In this document: positions 38,113-47,886 of the stretch, piece by piece | Layout: every line of letters starts with the position of its first letter | How positions within the stretch are numbered: the first letter of the stretch is position 1 | Assembly (NCBI GenBank): GCA_041645215.1 | Contig: JBAZQK010000006.1 | Location: 12,116 to 76,115, forward strand | Reading direction: 5' to 3' | DNA: 64,000 bases | DNA from: Patescibacteria group bacterium | GTDB taxonomy: Bacteria > Patescibacteriota > Patescibacteriia > Veblenbacterales > UBA10138 | Position numbers and translations under genes: made by a program | The notes under the pieces: generated by a model | Database searches by the model: none | What the model was told of the DNA's origin: nothing | What the model saw: only the letters and a program-made list of their open reading frames with translations

Positions 38113-39600
38113 ATGTCTGGAGCAGTCGCAAGATCAGGGCCTTGGCGGATTAAACCATCGGGTAAATTGCCAATTTTTTTACGTTTTATGATTAATTCCG
38201 GTTTTGACCATAAAATTTCTAATAAGGTTGGCTTTAAAAACCATATAGTTAATCGGGTGTATTTGAATCACATGATGTATTGGCCCGCTAAGGAATATAA
38301 TAAATTTGAAGCGGAAATCATTAACCATTTGAAGAAAAATGATGGCTGGATTGAAAAATATTGTGCTCGTGAACTAAAAAAATCAGAGCATCTTTATAAC
38401 TTGGGTTTACGTTTAAAAAAGGTTGATTGGTCCAGAAAAACTAACCAAGAAATGAGGATCATTCTCAATAGTATATTGGAAAAATATCGCGAGTTGGCCT
38501 GTCCATGGTATGCGCAATATTCTATTGATGTTTATTGCGAGGATGTTATTGAAGAAGAGTTACTAAAGTATATACCCGCTGGCCATCCGGATTTTAGAAA
38601 ACTGGTTTTGATATTTACTGACCCCAAGGCTATGACAGACGTAGCTGAGGAAAGGTGGAATTTAATGAAATTAGCAAAAAAGTTACAGAATAATAAGGAA
38701 AAGATGGATAAACTTTCTACGCAAGTTGTTAATCTTATAAATAAACATCTGGATAAATTTGCTTATATAAACAGAGGTTTAGCCACTAGTAAGCCATATA
38801 ATTTTAGAGATATGGTTAAGAGAATTAAAGAAGCCTGGGCGTCAAAAGAGACTTTAGACAGTTTAATTTATTATAGTTCACCCCAAAAAATAAAAAATGA
38901 TTACAAATGGGCTGTTAAACAAATAAACCCAAGTAAAAATTTTATTAAAATCATTAATCAGGCCAGATTGCACTCTTATACTAGAAATAGGCGCGTTGAA
39001 GCTTTCTTTTTGGCTGATTATGGCGCCAGCTTTATGTACCATGAAATAGCGAAAAGAAGCAAATTTAATCCTAATTGGATTATGGAAGTGTCGATTCCGG
39101 AGATGTATGGAGCTTTAAAGGGCGAACCATTGCCAAGTAAGGAAGAAATGAAAAAAAGATTTACTAATTACGCCATGATTGTAAAGAACGCCAAAACTAC
39201 CATGATAGTTGACCCCAAAAAAATAAAGCAATTGGAAAGAAAATATTATGTTAATGTTAAATCAGCTGATCAAGTGGTGGGGCGTATGGCATGTATTGGT
39301 GGAATTATTAAAGGCCGGGCCAAGGTTTGTTTGGACAAATCGGAGATTGGAAAGGTTAAACGTGGAGATATACTAGTAGCCCAATTTACTACACCCGATT
39401 TTGTACCGGCCATGGAAAAAGCGGCTGCTATAGTTGCTGACCAAGGCGGTTTATCTTCTCATGCCGCTATAGTATCAAGGGAACTGGGCGTACCTTGTGT
39501 AATTGCCACGGATAATGGTACTAGAGTGATAAAAGATAATGATTTGTTGGAGGTTGATGCCCGTAATGGCATTGTTAAGATAATCAAAAGAGCTAAATGA
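38113..39600 (+). CDS. Variable N-domain + His-swivel protein, paralog 6
   Basis: FTTPDF...QGGLSSHAAIVSRELGVPCV. Confidence 0.9.
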   Translation: MSGAVARSGPWRIKPSGKLPIFLRFMINSGFDHKISNKVGFKNHIVNRVYLNHMMYWPAKEYNKFEAEIINHLKKNDGWIEKYCARELKKSEHLYNLGLRLKKVDWSRKTNQEMRIILNSILEKYRELACPWYAQYSIDVYCEDVIEEELLKYIPAGHPDFRKLVLIFTDPKAMTDVAEERWNLMKLAKKLQNNKEKMDKLSTQVVNLINKHLDKFAYINRGLATSKPYNFRDMVKRIKEAWASKETLDSLIYYSSPQKIKNDYKWAVKQINPSKNFIKIINQARLHSYTRNRRVEAFFLADYGASFMYHEIAKRSKFNPNWIMEVSIPEMYGALKGEPLPSKEEMKKRFTNYAMIVKNAKTTMIVDPKKIKQLERKYYVNVKSADQVVGRMACIGGIIKGRAKVCLDKSEIGKVKRGDILVAQFTTPDFVPAMEKAAAIVADQGGLSSHAAIVSRELGVPCVIATDNGTRVIKDNDLLEVDARNGIVKIIKRAK

Positions 39601-40205
39601 TCAAAGCAATTTTCTTTGATTCCGGTGACGTTATAGTAAGGGAAGGATTCAATCCCGGTATAGTTGAATATGAAAAAAAATATAGTTTGCTGCCAGGATC
39701 TCTATACAAATCTGCACACGACAGGCAATATTGGAAAGATTTTACCTTGGGTAATATATCCGAAAATGAATACTTTGCGGATGTAGCAGACGATTACAAA
39801 AAAGCAAAAATTGATACCACAGATTTTAAAAAGATTATCCAGGATAATTTTAAATTAAATGAAGAATTGTTAGATTTTTTAATGACAATTAAAAATAAAT
39901 TTATTTTAGGAGTAATCTCTAATCATCCCAAGGAATTTTTTGAATGGTGCAGACAATATTTTGGTTGGGATAAGATTTTTACCGTTTATGCGGTATCTGG
40001 TGATTTGCATGTTAGAAAACCCGATAAGAGAATATTTGATTATGCTGTTAAAAAAGCTGGTGTGGCAGGTGGCGAATGTATCTATGTTGACAATCGCTCG
40101 GACAGAATAGAGGGTGCACAGTTAGCTGGTATGCAGGTAATTATTTATCAGAATATCAATCAATTAAAAACTGATCTATCTAATTTTATTAATGTAACCG
40201 ATTAA
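39597..40205 (+). CDS. HAD-family phosphatase (YihX-like)
   Basis: IKAIFFDSGDV, GVISN, RKPDKRIF, YVDN. Confidence 0.88.
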   Translation: MIKAIFFDSGDVIVREGFNPGIVEYEKKYSLLPGSLYKSAHDRQYWKDFTLGNISENEYFADVADDYKKAKIDTTDFKKIIQDNFKLNEELLDFLMTIKNKFILGVISNHPKEFFEWCRQYFGWDKIFTVYAVSGDLHVRKPDKRIFDYAVKKAGVAGGECIYVDNRSDRIEGAQLAGMQVIIYQNINQLKTDLSNFINVTD

Positions 40206-40208
40206 TTT

Positions 40209-41204
40209 ATGTTAAAAGAAAACAATTACGAAACTCATGAAAAGATGATGGCCACTACTTATATAGATTTAACCAGACATGGTAACCGATATGGCGGGCC
40301 GATGGAAATTACTTTTTACGACGGCAGCAAAATTAAATTTGATGATTCTACTGACCTTACCGAAGAAGGTCGAAAAGATGCTGTAAATTTTGGTGCCGAA
40401 GGAATTCCACCCGAAGTTACATTAGTACATTTACGTGGTGGTGACGAGCCAAGACACGGTCAAACTGGCGATGATATAGTAAAGGGAAGTGAAAAATTTG
40501 GAATACACAAAGAGGGGGAGGAGCCGTCGCCAGTTAGAGACAAGGCCGGTCGGGTAAAGGGAGCGAGACGAGGGCAAGGGGTTGATTATGCTAGTTCTGG
40601 TTTAATGCCATTTCTCAAACCATTTAAGCAAATGATAAATGATGAACTTAATAAGATAGTTTCTACTTTATCTCCAGAGGAGCAAGAGAAATTAAAAACC
40701 AATCCGGAACTTAGAGCCAAATATCGTGAGCAAGCACAAGTTTTCGGCCTTAAAGCTGCTATTAATGACCCAAAATTGGCTGAAATAGCTGCCGAGAATG
40801 AGGCTAATGAGTTGCTTCATGTTGTTGAGTTGTCGCGCAGGGGGGTGAAAGCTGGTGAAATTAAATCAATCCCTATAGTTGGTAGTGGTCTTTTTGCCGA
40901 ATCTTTGTTAAAACACGCTTTGGTGGTGGAGGATTTAGAAACCGCTAATAAAAAGACTGGATTTGAGTCGGTTGATGAAATTGGTGGATTTACTAAACAA
41001 GCCACTTCTTTTAGGATAAAACTTATGCGAGATGCGGAGTTGGGTGACGCGCGTAATATGGAAGATTTTAATAAAGATACCAAAGTTGAATACGAATTTA
41101 CTGACCCAGAAAGAAAGAAGTTGTTTGGCGGCAAAAAAGTATCTTTGGACTGGAATATTGTTAATGAATTGGCAAATAAGTTTAGGTTTAAGCGCCAAGG
41201 TTAA
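40209..41204 (+). CDS. Histidine-phosphatase superfamily-like protein
   Basis: LTRHGN followed by DLTEEGRKDA. Confidence 0.6.
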   Translation: MLKENNYETHEKMMATTYIDLTRHGNRYGGPMEITFYDGSKIKFDDSTDLTEEGRKDAVNFGAEGIPPEVTLVHLRGGDEPRHGQTGDDIVKGSEKFGIHKEGEEPSPVRDKAGRVKGARRGQGVDYASSGLMPFLKPFKQMINDELNKIVSTLSPEEQEKLKTNPELRAKYREQAQVFGLKAAINDPKLAEIAAENEANELLHVVELSRRGVKAGEIKSIPIVGSGLFAESLLKHALVVEDLETANKKTGFESVDEIGGFTKQATSFRIKLMRDAELGDARNMEDFNKDTKVEYEFTDPERKKLFGGKKVSLDWNIVNELANKFRFKRQG

Positions 41205-41210
41205 CGAAAA

Positions 41211-42041
41211 ATGAATAATTTACCAAAATTAAAAATAGTGTCAATAACTAAATTGTGTTTACATGAAACTGTAGACCCAAAGCGTGTTTTGAAATTAAAA
41301 AAAATAATTAAAAAAGCTCACCTTTTTACCAATCCGCCAATTGTAAGTTATATACCAGCGATGGATAAATATTTAGTATTAGATGGTGCTAACCGTACTA
41401 CTACGCTTAAAGAATTGAATTTTAAATATATTTTAGTGCAATTAGTGGAATATAAAGACAGTGTTGTTGATTTATTAACTTGGAACCATTTTGTGTCCCA
41501 AATTAGTTTGCAAAGAGTTATTGATTTATTTAAAGGCTATAATAAAAAACTTAATATATTAAAGGTTAAATCTTCACAATCTGCTAAAAATTTGTTAGAC
41601 ACTAAACCAGGTGTAGTTTATATAACAGATGGCAAATTACATTATGTAATTAATAACTTTAAAGATTTTAAGGATGAAATTGCAATTTTGAATTTTGCAG
41701 TAAATATTTACAAAGGTAAACATAATTTTAATCGGATATTGGGTGATAATTATAAAATTTTAAAAAAGGAATACCCGAAAAATAAAGTACTGTTTGTATA
41801 TAAAAAACTACTTCAGCAAGATATTATAAAAGTGGTTAGAGCCGGACTCTATGTCCCGAGTGGTATATCGAGACATATAATTCAAGGTCGCGCTTTAAGA
41901 GTAGATATACCGATTGTTTGGCTAAAAGGTGCGGCCTCTTTGTTGTCATCTAATAAGAAGCTAAAAAAGTTAATTAACTCCCGACTTTCTTTGGGACAAA
42001 TTAGATATTACAGTGAGCCAACTTTTATTTTTAATGATTAG
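41211..42041 (+). CDS. ParB/Srx-fold protein (SbnI/SerK-like)
   Basis: LHETVDPKRV...NPPIV...YLVLDGANR; C-terminal VPSGISRHII. Confidence 0.7.
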   Translation: MNNLPKLKIVSITKLCLHETVDPKRVLKLKKIIKKAHLFTNPPIVSYIPAMDKYLVLDGANRTTTLKELNFKYILVQLVEYKDSVVDLLTWNHFVSQISLQRVIDLFKGYNKKLNILKVKSSQSAKNLLDTKPGVVYITDGKLHYVINNFKDFKDEIAILNFAVNIYKGKHNFNRILGDNYKILKKEYPKNKVLFVYKKLLQQDIIKVVRAGLYVPSGISRHIIQGRALRVDIPIVWLKGAASLLSSNKKLKKLINSRLSLGQIRYYSEPTFIFND

Positions 42042-42046
42042 ATTTT

Positions 42047-43534
42047 ATGGCAAAAATTCCTAGTTGGCAATATTATTTTGCACGTAAATTTTCCTTACAG
42101 CGTTTTGAGATTATATCACGGGTTTTTTATTCGCCCTTTTATTTTAAGCATTTTAAAGTTAATTTAAAAAATATTTTGGTCAAACCAGGCCAAAGTCATA
42201 ATTATGAAATTTGGTTAGACAGAGATGAATATAAAATAGCCGTTAATAGAGTATATAAAACAGTCTGTAAGAATTATCATACCTATAAATATTATCGTAA
42301 AATTTTTATACAGACTCAACTTAGATTTCTTAAGGTGGCGATGATGGTGGCTCGCCAAACAAACAATAGATTAACTAATAAAGAATTGGGTAAATTATAT
42401 AGGTTGTTTACTCGCCACCTACAGAAGCTTAATAGTAAGCCAATTATAGTAGTGTTTATGATTGAACCGTTGGTTAGTTCAGCTGCGGTAATGATTTTGA
42501 CGGATATTCTCAAACGAAATAGTAAAATGAATGAGTATGATAATGGTCTTTCTATAATATTTTCACCTGATACTAAAACAGCCGTACCGCAGATGCGGCA
42601 GGCGTTGTTAAAAATTGCCTTAGGAGTTAAAACTGGTAGGTTAAATAAAACAAAGACAAGATATTTGCTTAATAGAGTCGTGAAGCAATATAATTTTTTG
42701 CCATGTTACGATATTATTGATAAGCCATGGGATTATGATTATTTTAAAAACGAGTTAAAGGGAATACTTAAAAGAACTGTAGTGGAATTAAAAAGCGAAT
42801 TAAAAGATATGAACATAGTGTGGCGTCAACGTAAAAATAATTTTAAAGCTTTTTTATCAAGATATGACATTAGCCAATCGGAAGAAGATATTTTAAGAAT
42901 TGCACACGATTTAGTTTTTATAAAAGACGAGAGAGATGATTATCGGCGTCGCGGTGGTTACTATGGTCGAAGACTTTTTGCCGAGATTGGCCAAAGATTA
43001 GACGTAGATTTACGCGCAGCTTGTTATTTAACTGTAGACGAAACAGAAGGTTTTTTATTTAGAGATATTAAACCATCTCGTGAGTTACTAAAAGAAAGGC
43101 AGACAACTTATTTATTATTACGTAAGTTAGGATCTCCTACTGCAGTAGCAAGTGGAGGTCAGATAAAAGCAATTATAAAAAATGAACATTTTCTATCATT
43201 AGATCAGTCTAAAGTTGATGAAATAACTGGTGTAGCAGGTTCTGTTGGTATGGCTAGAGGTTCAGTTATTATTGTTAATACTAAACATGATTTACGACGT
43301 GTCTTGCCTGGTTCAATTATGATAGCAGTTACTACCAGTCCGGATTATGTACCCGTTATGAGATTGTGTAAGGCGATTGTAACTAACGAAGGTGGAATAA
43401 CCTCTCACGCCGCCATAGTTTGTCGAGAATTAAGAATACCATGTATAGTTGGTACTAAAATAGCAACCAGAATATTCAAAGATGGCGATTTAGTAGAGGT
43501 TGACACCAAGAGGGGAATAGTGAGAAAATTGTAA
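42047..43534 (+). CDS. Variable N-domain + His-swivel protein, paralog 7
   Basis: TTSPDY...EGGITSHAAIVCRELRIPCIVGT. Confidence 0.9.
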   Translation: MAKIPSWQYYFARKFSLQRFEIISRVFYSPFYFKHFKVNLKNILVKPGQSHNYEIWLDRDEYKIAVNRVYKTVCKNYHTYKYYRKIFIQTQLRFLKVAMMVARQTNNRLTNKELGKLYRLFTRHLQKLNSKPIIVVFMIEPLVSSAAVMILTDILKRNSKMNEYDNGLSIIFSPDTKTAVPQMRQALLKIALGVKTGRLNKTKTRYLLNRVVKQYNFLPCYDIIDKPWDYDYFKNELKGILKRTVVELKSELKDMNIVWRQRKNNFKAFLSRYDISQSEEDILRIAHDLVFIKDERDDYRRRGGYYGRRLFAEIGQRLDVDLRAACYLTVDETEGFLFRDIKPSRELLKERQTTYLLLRKLGSPTAVASGGQIKAIIKNEHFLSLDQSKVDEITGVAGSVGMARGSVIIVNTKHDLRRVLPGSIMIAVTTSPDYVPVMRLCKAIVTNEGGITSHAAIVCRELRIPCIVGTKIATRIFKDGDLVEVDTKRGIVRKL

Positions 43535-43560
43535 GACTACTGAATTTTTATATTTTTAAT

Positions 43561-44397
43561 ATGTTTAATAAGATAAGTTTTATTCAACAATTATTTCTAA
43601 ACCAAGCCAAACAGGGGAAACGACGTAAAATAGCCATTGGTATTTGGCGGCCGGAACAGGCAGTAGTAGACGGTTTAAAAGCCGCTACTGATTATGCGGA
43701 TTTAACAGTGGTTGGCTGTGATATACCTGGTCTTGATTGTATACCAACTGTTAACGATGATGAGGCTAGCCGCAAAATAATTGAATTGTTAAGGACAAGC
43801 AAGGTTGAAGGCTTTGTTAGGGCTCAACTCAAAGATTCCTACACTCACAAGGTATATTTAGAAACCTTTAAAAAAGAAGAACCTAAATTTAAATTCTGTC
43901 CATTTACCATAACTAATGATGATTATTGGTTTACCATTTCCAGTCCGTCTAATTATAACTCTTTAACTTTGGAAGCAAAACTAGCGGAGGCTGAGAGGGC
44001 CGCTAAATGGCTTAGTGATTTAGGTATAAAGCCAAAAATTGGTGTTACCAGTACTAGGCGTTTATCCGGGCGAGTTGGTGAATTTGGTTTACTGGAGGAA
44101 ATTGCTGAGAACTGTGAAAAAACCACTAAGCATTTAACTGATATGGGTTTTGAAGTAAAGGAATATTATATTGAGTACGAACGAGCCGTGTGGGAAGGGT
44201 GTAATTTAATAATTCCGTCAACTGGAATGATTGGCAATACCTGGTCTAAGGGTTTAACTTTTCTTGGCGGTTGGACTAATGTGTGCTGTCCTATGTTAGA
44301 TGAAGGTGTGTATTATGATGATACAGCTCGTAATCATGTAAATTGGTTTTGGCCTATTATCTCAACAGTTGCTTGGATAAATAGGGAAAAATCGTAG
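43561..44397 (+). CDS. MtxX/methanogenesis-marker-4-like protein (phosphate acyltransferase-like fold)
   Basis: GFVR, LGIKPKIGV, ERAV.EGCNLIIP..GMIGN...LTFLGG...YYDDTAR resembles MtxX as recalled. Confidence 0.6.
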   Translation: MFNKISFIQQLFLNQAKQGKRRKIAIGIWRPEQAVVDGLKAATDYADLTVVGCDIPGLDCIPTVNDDEASRKIIELLRTSKVEGFVRAQLKDSYTHKVYLETFKKEEPKFKFCPFTITNDDYWFTISSPSNYNSLTLEAKLAEAERAAKWLSDLGIKPKIGVTSTRRLSGRVGEFGLLEEIAENCEKTTKHLTDMGFEVKEYYIEYERAVWEGCNLIIPSTGMIGNTWSKGLTFLGGWTNVCCPMLDEGVYYDDTARNHVNWFWPIISTVAWINREKS

Positions 44398-44478
44398 GTT
44401 GACATATTTAATGTTTTGTATTACTATTAACAGTTAAATAAATCTAAACAAAAAAGCAAAAGGAGGAGAAAGATAATT

Positions 44479-45777
44479 ATGGAGATGAAAAAAGAATTAT
44501 CAGAATCTACAGAGAACCTTGAAAACAAGGAACGTTTTAAGTTGGCCGCTAAAAATATCATTGACTGTTTTTCCTTTAATCCGGAAAAAGAAAGTTTGCT
44601 GGTTATAACTGATGGCAAGGTTATTGAAACTAATAATGATTTTATAGAAGCCATATCAGGTGAATTAAATTTACGTACGCAGGATAAACAACGTACTAAG
44701 GGCAATTGGGAGATGGTGGTTGTACCGGCATCACCTAAATCTGCTACGCCGCTGGGCGAAATGATTGGCGAAAAAATGAAAAATCGTCCGGTGTTAATAG
44801 TAACCTCAATGTCACGTTCTCATTCTAAAGAAACAGGAGCTGCCTTTAGAGGTGATATATCAGATAAGTCGGTATTTGATGAAATTATTGCCAGCAAAAC
44901 TTTTCGTAATACAGTAGCCAATGGTTATTCGGCATATACTCCGGAAAGGTTAGAAACTATTGGTAATAAATTACCTGATTCCACCTACGAAAAAATGAAA
45001 CTGTTTGCTAAAAACAATCGCAGCCGAATCATTTCTATTACTAAGGGTCATAATCCTTATGAGATATTAACTCGTGGCGCGGTAGAGGAGCCGGTGGAAA
45101 ATCTTAAGGAAAGAGCCAGTAAAGTAAATGAAATCATGAAAGACGTTGTGAGGGTTCATATTACTTCGTCCTTGGGAACAGATATTTGGTTAAGCCTCAG
45201 CACTGATTTAAAAGAAGTTGAAGATGGTAACTTGGGTAAGCCGGGTAGTTTATCTAATTACCCAATAGGTGAGTGGTCGTGTTCGCCTGATTGGAAAGAT
45301 TCTGATGGTGTATTGGTAATTGATGGTCCGTGCGGAGGTAACATTAACCAAGATATTATTGATCAAAGTAGTCCATTTATTTTGACTTTTAAAAACGGCG
45401 AGGTAATTGATATTAAAGGTGAAGGCCAGGCGTTAGAAATGTGGAAAAATTATCTTGATAGTGGCAACAACGAAAAGAATCAGGCTTACAAACTAGCTGA
45501 ATTTGCGGTAGGGACTAACACCAAGGCGCTTAAAGATAAACCGCGTGAATTTTGGGGATCCTCAGAAGGAGAAAAAGTCTATGGTACGGCCCATATAGCC
45601 GTTGGCAGTAATGGTTCTTTCGGGCGTACACCAGATGATCCTAATTATAATTCAGCGGCGGTACATTGTGATATGGTTCTGGGTTTGCACAAAAAAAATC
45701 GCGTGACAGTTGAATGTCAGAAAAAAGATGGAGCCAAATTCGTTTTGATTGATAATGGTGAGCCAAAAGAATATTAA
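44479..45777 (+). CDS. M29-family (aminopeptidase T-like) metallopeptidase
   Basis: NYPIGE, GVLVIDG, LAEFAVGTN, EKVYGTAHIAVG, HCDMV; AGGAGG upstream. Confidence 0.8.
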   Translation: MEMKKELSESTENLENKERFKLAAKNIIDCFSFNPEKESLLVITDGKVIETNNDFIEAISGELNLRTQDKQRTKGNWEMVVVPASPKSATPLGEMIGEKMKNRPVLIVTSMSRSHSKETGAAFRGDISDKSVFDEIIASKTFRNTVANGYSAYTPERLETIGNKLPDSTYEKMKLFAKNNRSRIISITKGHNPYEILTRGAVEEPVENLKERASKVNEIMKDVVRVHITSSLGTDIWLSLSTDLKEVEDGNLGKPGSLSNYPIGEWSCSPDWKDSDGVLVIDGPCGGNINQDIIDQSSPFILTFKNGEVIDIKGEGQALEMWKNYLDSGNNEKNQAYKLAEFAVGTNTKALKDKPREFWGSSEGEKVYGTAHIAVGSNGSFGRTPDDPNYNSAAVHCDMVLGLHKKNRVTVECQKKDGAKFVLIDNGEPKEY

Positions 45778-45848
45778 TTATTTCTTCATATTTTAAAATA
45801 TCCCTGATTATGTATAATGTAGTCAGGGATTAATTTTTATTAATCATT

Positions 45849-46859
45849 ATGCAATTTATTCTACCTTTTTCTAAAATATCCAAAAAAGACGTAGGTTTAG
45901 CCGGTGGGAAGGGGGCGAGTTTGGGGGAAATGTCACAGGCGGGCATCCCGGTGCCGCCGGGGTTTGTGGTGCTGGCCACGGCTTTTGACCGGTTTTTGCA
46001 CGAAACCGGGTTGGAGGTGGATATTGAGGCGCAGTTAAAAAAGGTTAATTATAAGGATGTTAATTCAGTTGATAAATACAGTGCGGTAATTCGTGATTTG
46101 ATTCATCGCGCCAAAATGCCTAGAGATTTGCAAAGCGAAATTATGAACGCTTATGCCAATCTGGTGAGTGGACAACGGCAAATAGTTAATAATAAGGCAG
46201 TCACCAGCCATAAACTATCAGCTATCAGCCAACTGCCATTTTATGTCGCGGTGCGGTCTTCGGCCACGGCTGAGGATTCCACCCAGGCCTCGTGGGCCGG
46301 GGAGTTGGAGACTTATTTAAATACCACCGAGAAAGATTTATTAAGGTATGTGAAGGATTGCTGGTCGTCCCTGTTTACGCCGCGGGCGATTTTTTATAGA
46401 CGTGAGAAAAAAATGCATAAAGCCAAAGTTTCAGTGGCGGTAGTGGTGCAGGCTATGGTGCAATCGGAAATTTCGGGTGTTGCTTTTACCGTGCACCCGG
46501 TTACCAAAGACCGTAACCAAATGATTATTGAGGCTGGCTATGGTTTGGGCGAGGCGATTGTGTCCGGCCAGATTACGCCTGATTCCTATATTATAGATAA
46601 AAAAAACTTGTCGCTATTGGATATCAACGTGGCCGAGCAAACGCGGCAGTTGATCGGTTTGGTTAAGGGCGGAAATAAGTGGCAAGCCGTGGCTAAAAAA
46701 GACGGCGCTAAACAAAAATTAACCGGCCAGCAAATAATTGAACTGGCTAAAATTTGCGTTAACATTGAACAGCATTATAAATTTCCCTGTGATATTGAAT
46801 GGGCGTACTATAAGGGCAAATTCTACATAACTCAATCCCGCCCCATCACCACGCTTTGA
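45849..46859 (+). CDS. Stand-alone PEP/pyruvate-binding (PPDK_N, ATP-grasp) domain protein
   Basis: GGKGASLGEM, PVPPGFV, VAVRSSATAEDS..ASWAG, GLGEAIVSG..TPD, DIEWA, stop right after QSRPITTL. Confidence 0.93.
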   Translation: MQFILPFSKISKKDVGLAGGKGASLGEMSQAGIPVPPGFVVLATAFDRFLHETGLEVDIEAQLKKVNYKDVNSVDKYSAVIRDLIHRAKMPRDLQSEIMNAYANLVSGQRQIVNNKAVTSHKLSAISQLPFYVAVRSSATAEDSTQASWAGELETYLNTTEKDLLRYVKDCWSSLFTPRAIFYRREKKMHKAKVSVAVVVQAMVQSEISGVAFTVHPVTKDRNQMIIEAGYGLGEAIVSGQITPDSYIIDKKNLSLLDINVAEQTRQLIGLVKGGNKWQAVAKKDGAKQKLTGQQIIELAKICVNIEQHYKFPCDIEWAYYKGKFYITQSRPITTL

Positions 46860-46939
46860 ATCTATCAGTCTTTAGCCCTTTACGGCGGGACAAGCGCGAA
46901 AGGGTAAATGGATAAGCCAGACCTAGAGCAAAACATAAT

Positions 46940-47114
46940 GAGATGGTTCCAAAACTCTTTCGTGGCGAAATTTCAGTTTTTCTTGCGAGACGAGGAAGGC
47001 GAGCAAAAAGAATTGAAACGTAGTAGAACTACGGTGAAATCCTTTTTGCGAAGCCTGACGAAGTCGCAGCCGAAAAGATGAAATTACAGCAGAAATGAGT
47101 TTTGGAACCATCTC
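46940..47114. mobile_element. 175-bp MITE-like element, copy 2
   Basis: Same terminal inverted repeats as 19725-19901; AAT on both sides. Confidence 0.9.
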
Positions 47115-47125
47115 AATATCATTTT

Positions 47126-47162
47126 ACATAACCCTACCAAATTAGTAGGGTTATGTTATAAT
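47126..47162 (+). promoter_or_regulatory. 12-7-12 inverted repeat overlapping an extended -10; candidate Rrf2 operator/promoter
   Basis: ACATAACCCTAC-N7-GTAGGGTTATGT running into TGTTATAAT, ending 8 nt before the rrf2 ATG. Confidence 0.7.
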
Positions 47163-47170
47163 GGCAAAGT

Positions 47171-47575
47171 ATGATATTGAATTTGTCCGCGCAGTCGGAG
47201 TATGGCTTAATGCTGTTAAAGTATTTGGCGGTTTTGCCAAGCGGCGCCACCGCCAATTTGCGCACTATTGCCAACAAGTTTGAATTGCCGGTTAAATATC
47301 TGGAACAAGTCGGCGGTAAACTGGTTAAGGGTGGTATTATCACCAGTCGTCCAGGCAAGCAGGGCGGCTATGGAATGGCCGTAAACCCCAGTCGGTTGAG
47401 GCTGACAGCCATTTTAGAAGTATTGGAGCCCAGCGCGCCAGCGGTTTGTCGTCATAATGGCAGTTGTTGCAAACGCCAAAGCGCCTGTCCGAATAAAACC
47501 GGCTGGCTAAAGGTTCAGCAGGAACTTTATAAAAAATTAAGCCGCTACAAGCTGGCGGATTTGATCGCTCGCTAA
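47171..47575 (+). CDS. Rrf2-family (IscR-like) transcriptional regulator
   Basis: YLEQV..KL..GII.S.PG..GGY; C-terminal Cys cluster CRHNGSCCKRQSAC. Confidence 0.9.
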   Translation: MILNLSAQSEYGLMLLKYLAVLPSGATANLRTIANKFELPVKYLEQVGGKLVKGGIITSRPGKQGGYGMAVNPSRLRLTAILEVLEPSAPAVCRHNGSCCKRQSACPNKTGWLKVQQELYKKLSRYKLADLIAR

Positions 47576-47637
47576 TTATTAGCCGACTATACTTTAGCCG
47601 ATTTACTGAGTGAAATTAAGTCTTAACTCTTTAATTT

Positions 47638-47886
47638 ATGAAAAACCAAACTATATTAGTCATGGCAGGTTTAGTGGCTGGTTATGCGTGTCTTTTCTCT
47701 TTACTATCTTTGATGAAGCTTGGGGGTTTTGGTGATGGGGATCCTATCAACACCCCGTTACGAATTTTAAATAGGGATGTGGCGTTATTGCCGTTTGTTT
47801 TTTTATTAATTGTTAGATATCTTTGGAAAAAGGAAAAAAATCATAATTCTCGATTCCTAATTCTTAATTCTAAAATATATGTTTAA
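47638..47886 (+). CDS. Small membrane protein
   Basis: Two hydrophobic segments; overlaps the sod start. Confidence 0.5.
   Translation: MKNQTILVMAGLVAGYACLFSLLSLMKLGGFGDGDPINTPLRILNRDVALLPFVFLLIVRYLWKKEKNHNSRFLILNSKIYV

Noticed and set aside
29686-43534. Definite rifampin-resistance (rph) genes
   Set aside because: Only the domain order is similar; substrate residues cannot be verified by eye and the paralogs are highly divergent
29686-46859. Annotation as multiple PEP synthases (ppsA), PPDK or PTS enzyme I
   Set aside because: No pyruvate/PEP-binding TIM-barrel domain is visible, and the swivel domain is C-terminal rather than central
46923-47111. 62-aa minus-strand ORF
   Set aside because: It coincides with the MITE copy
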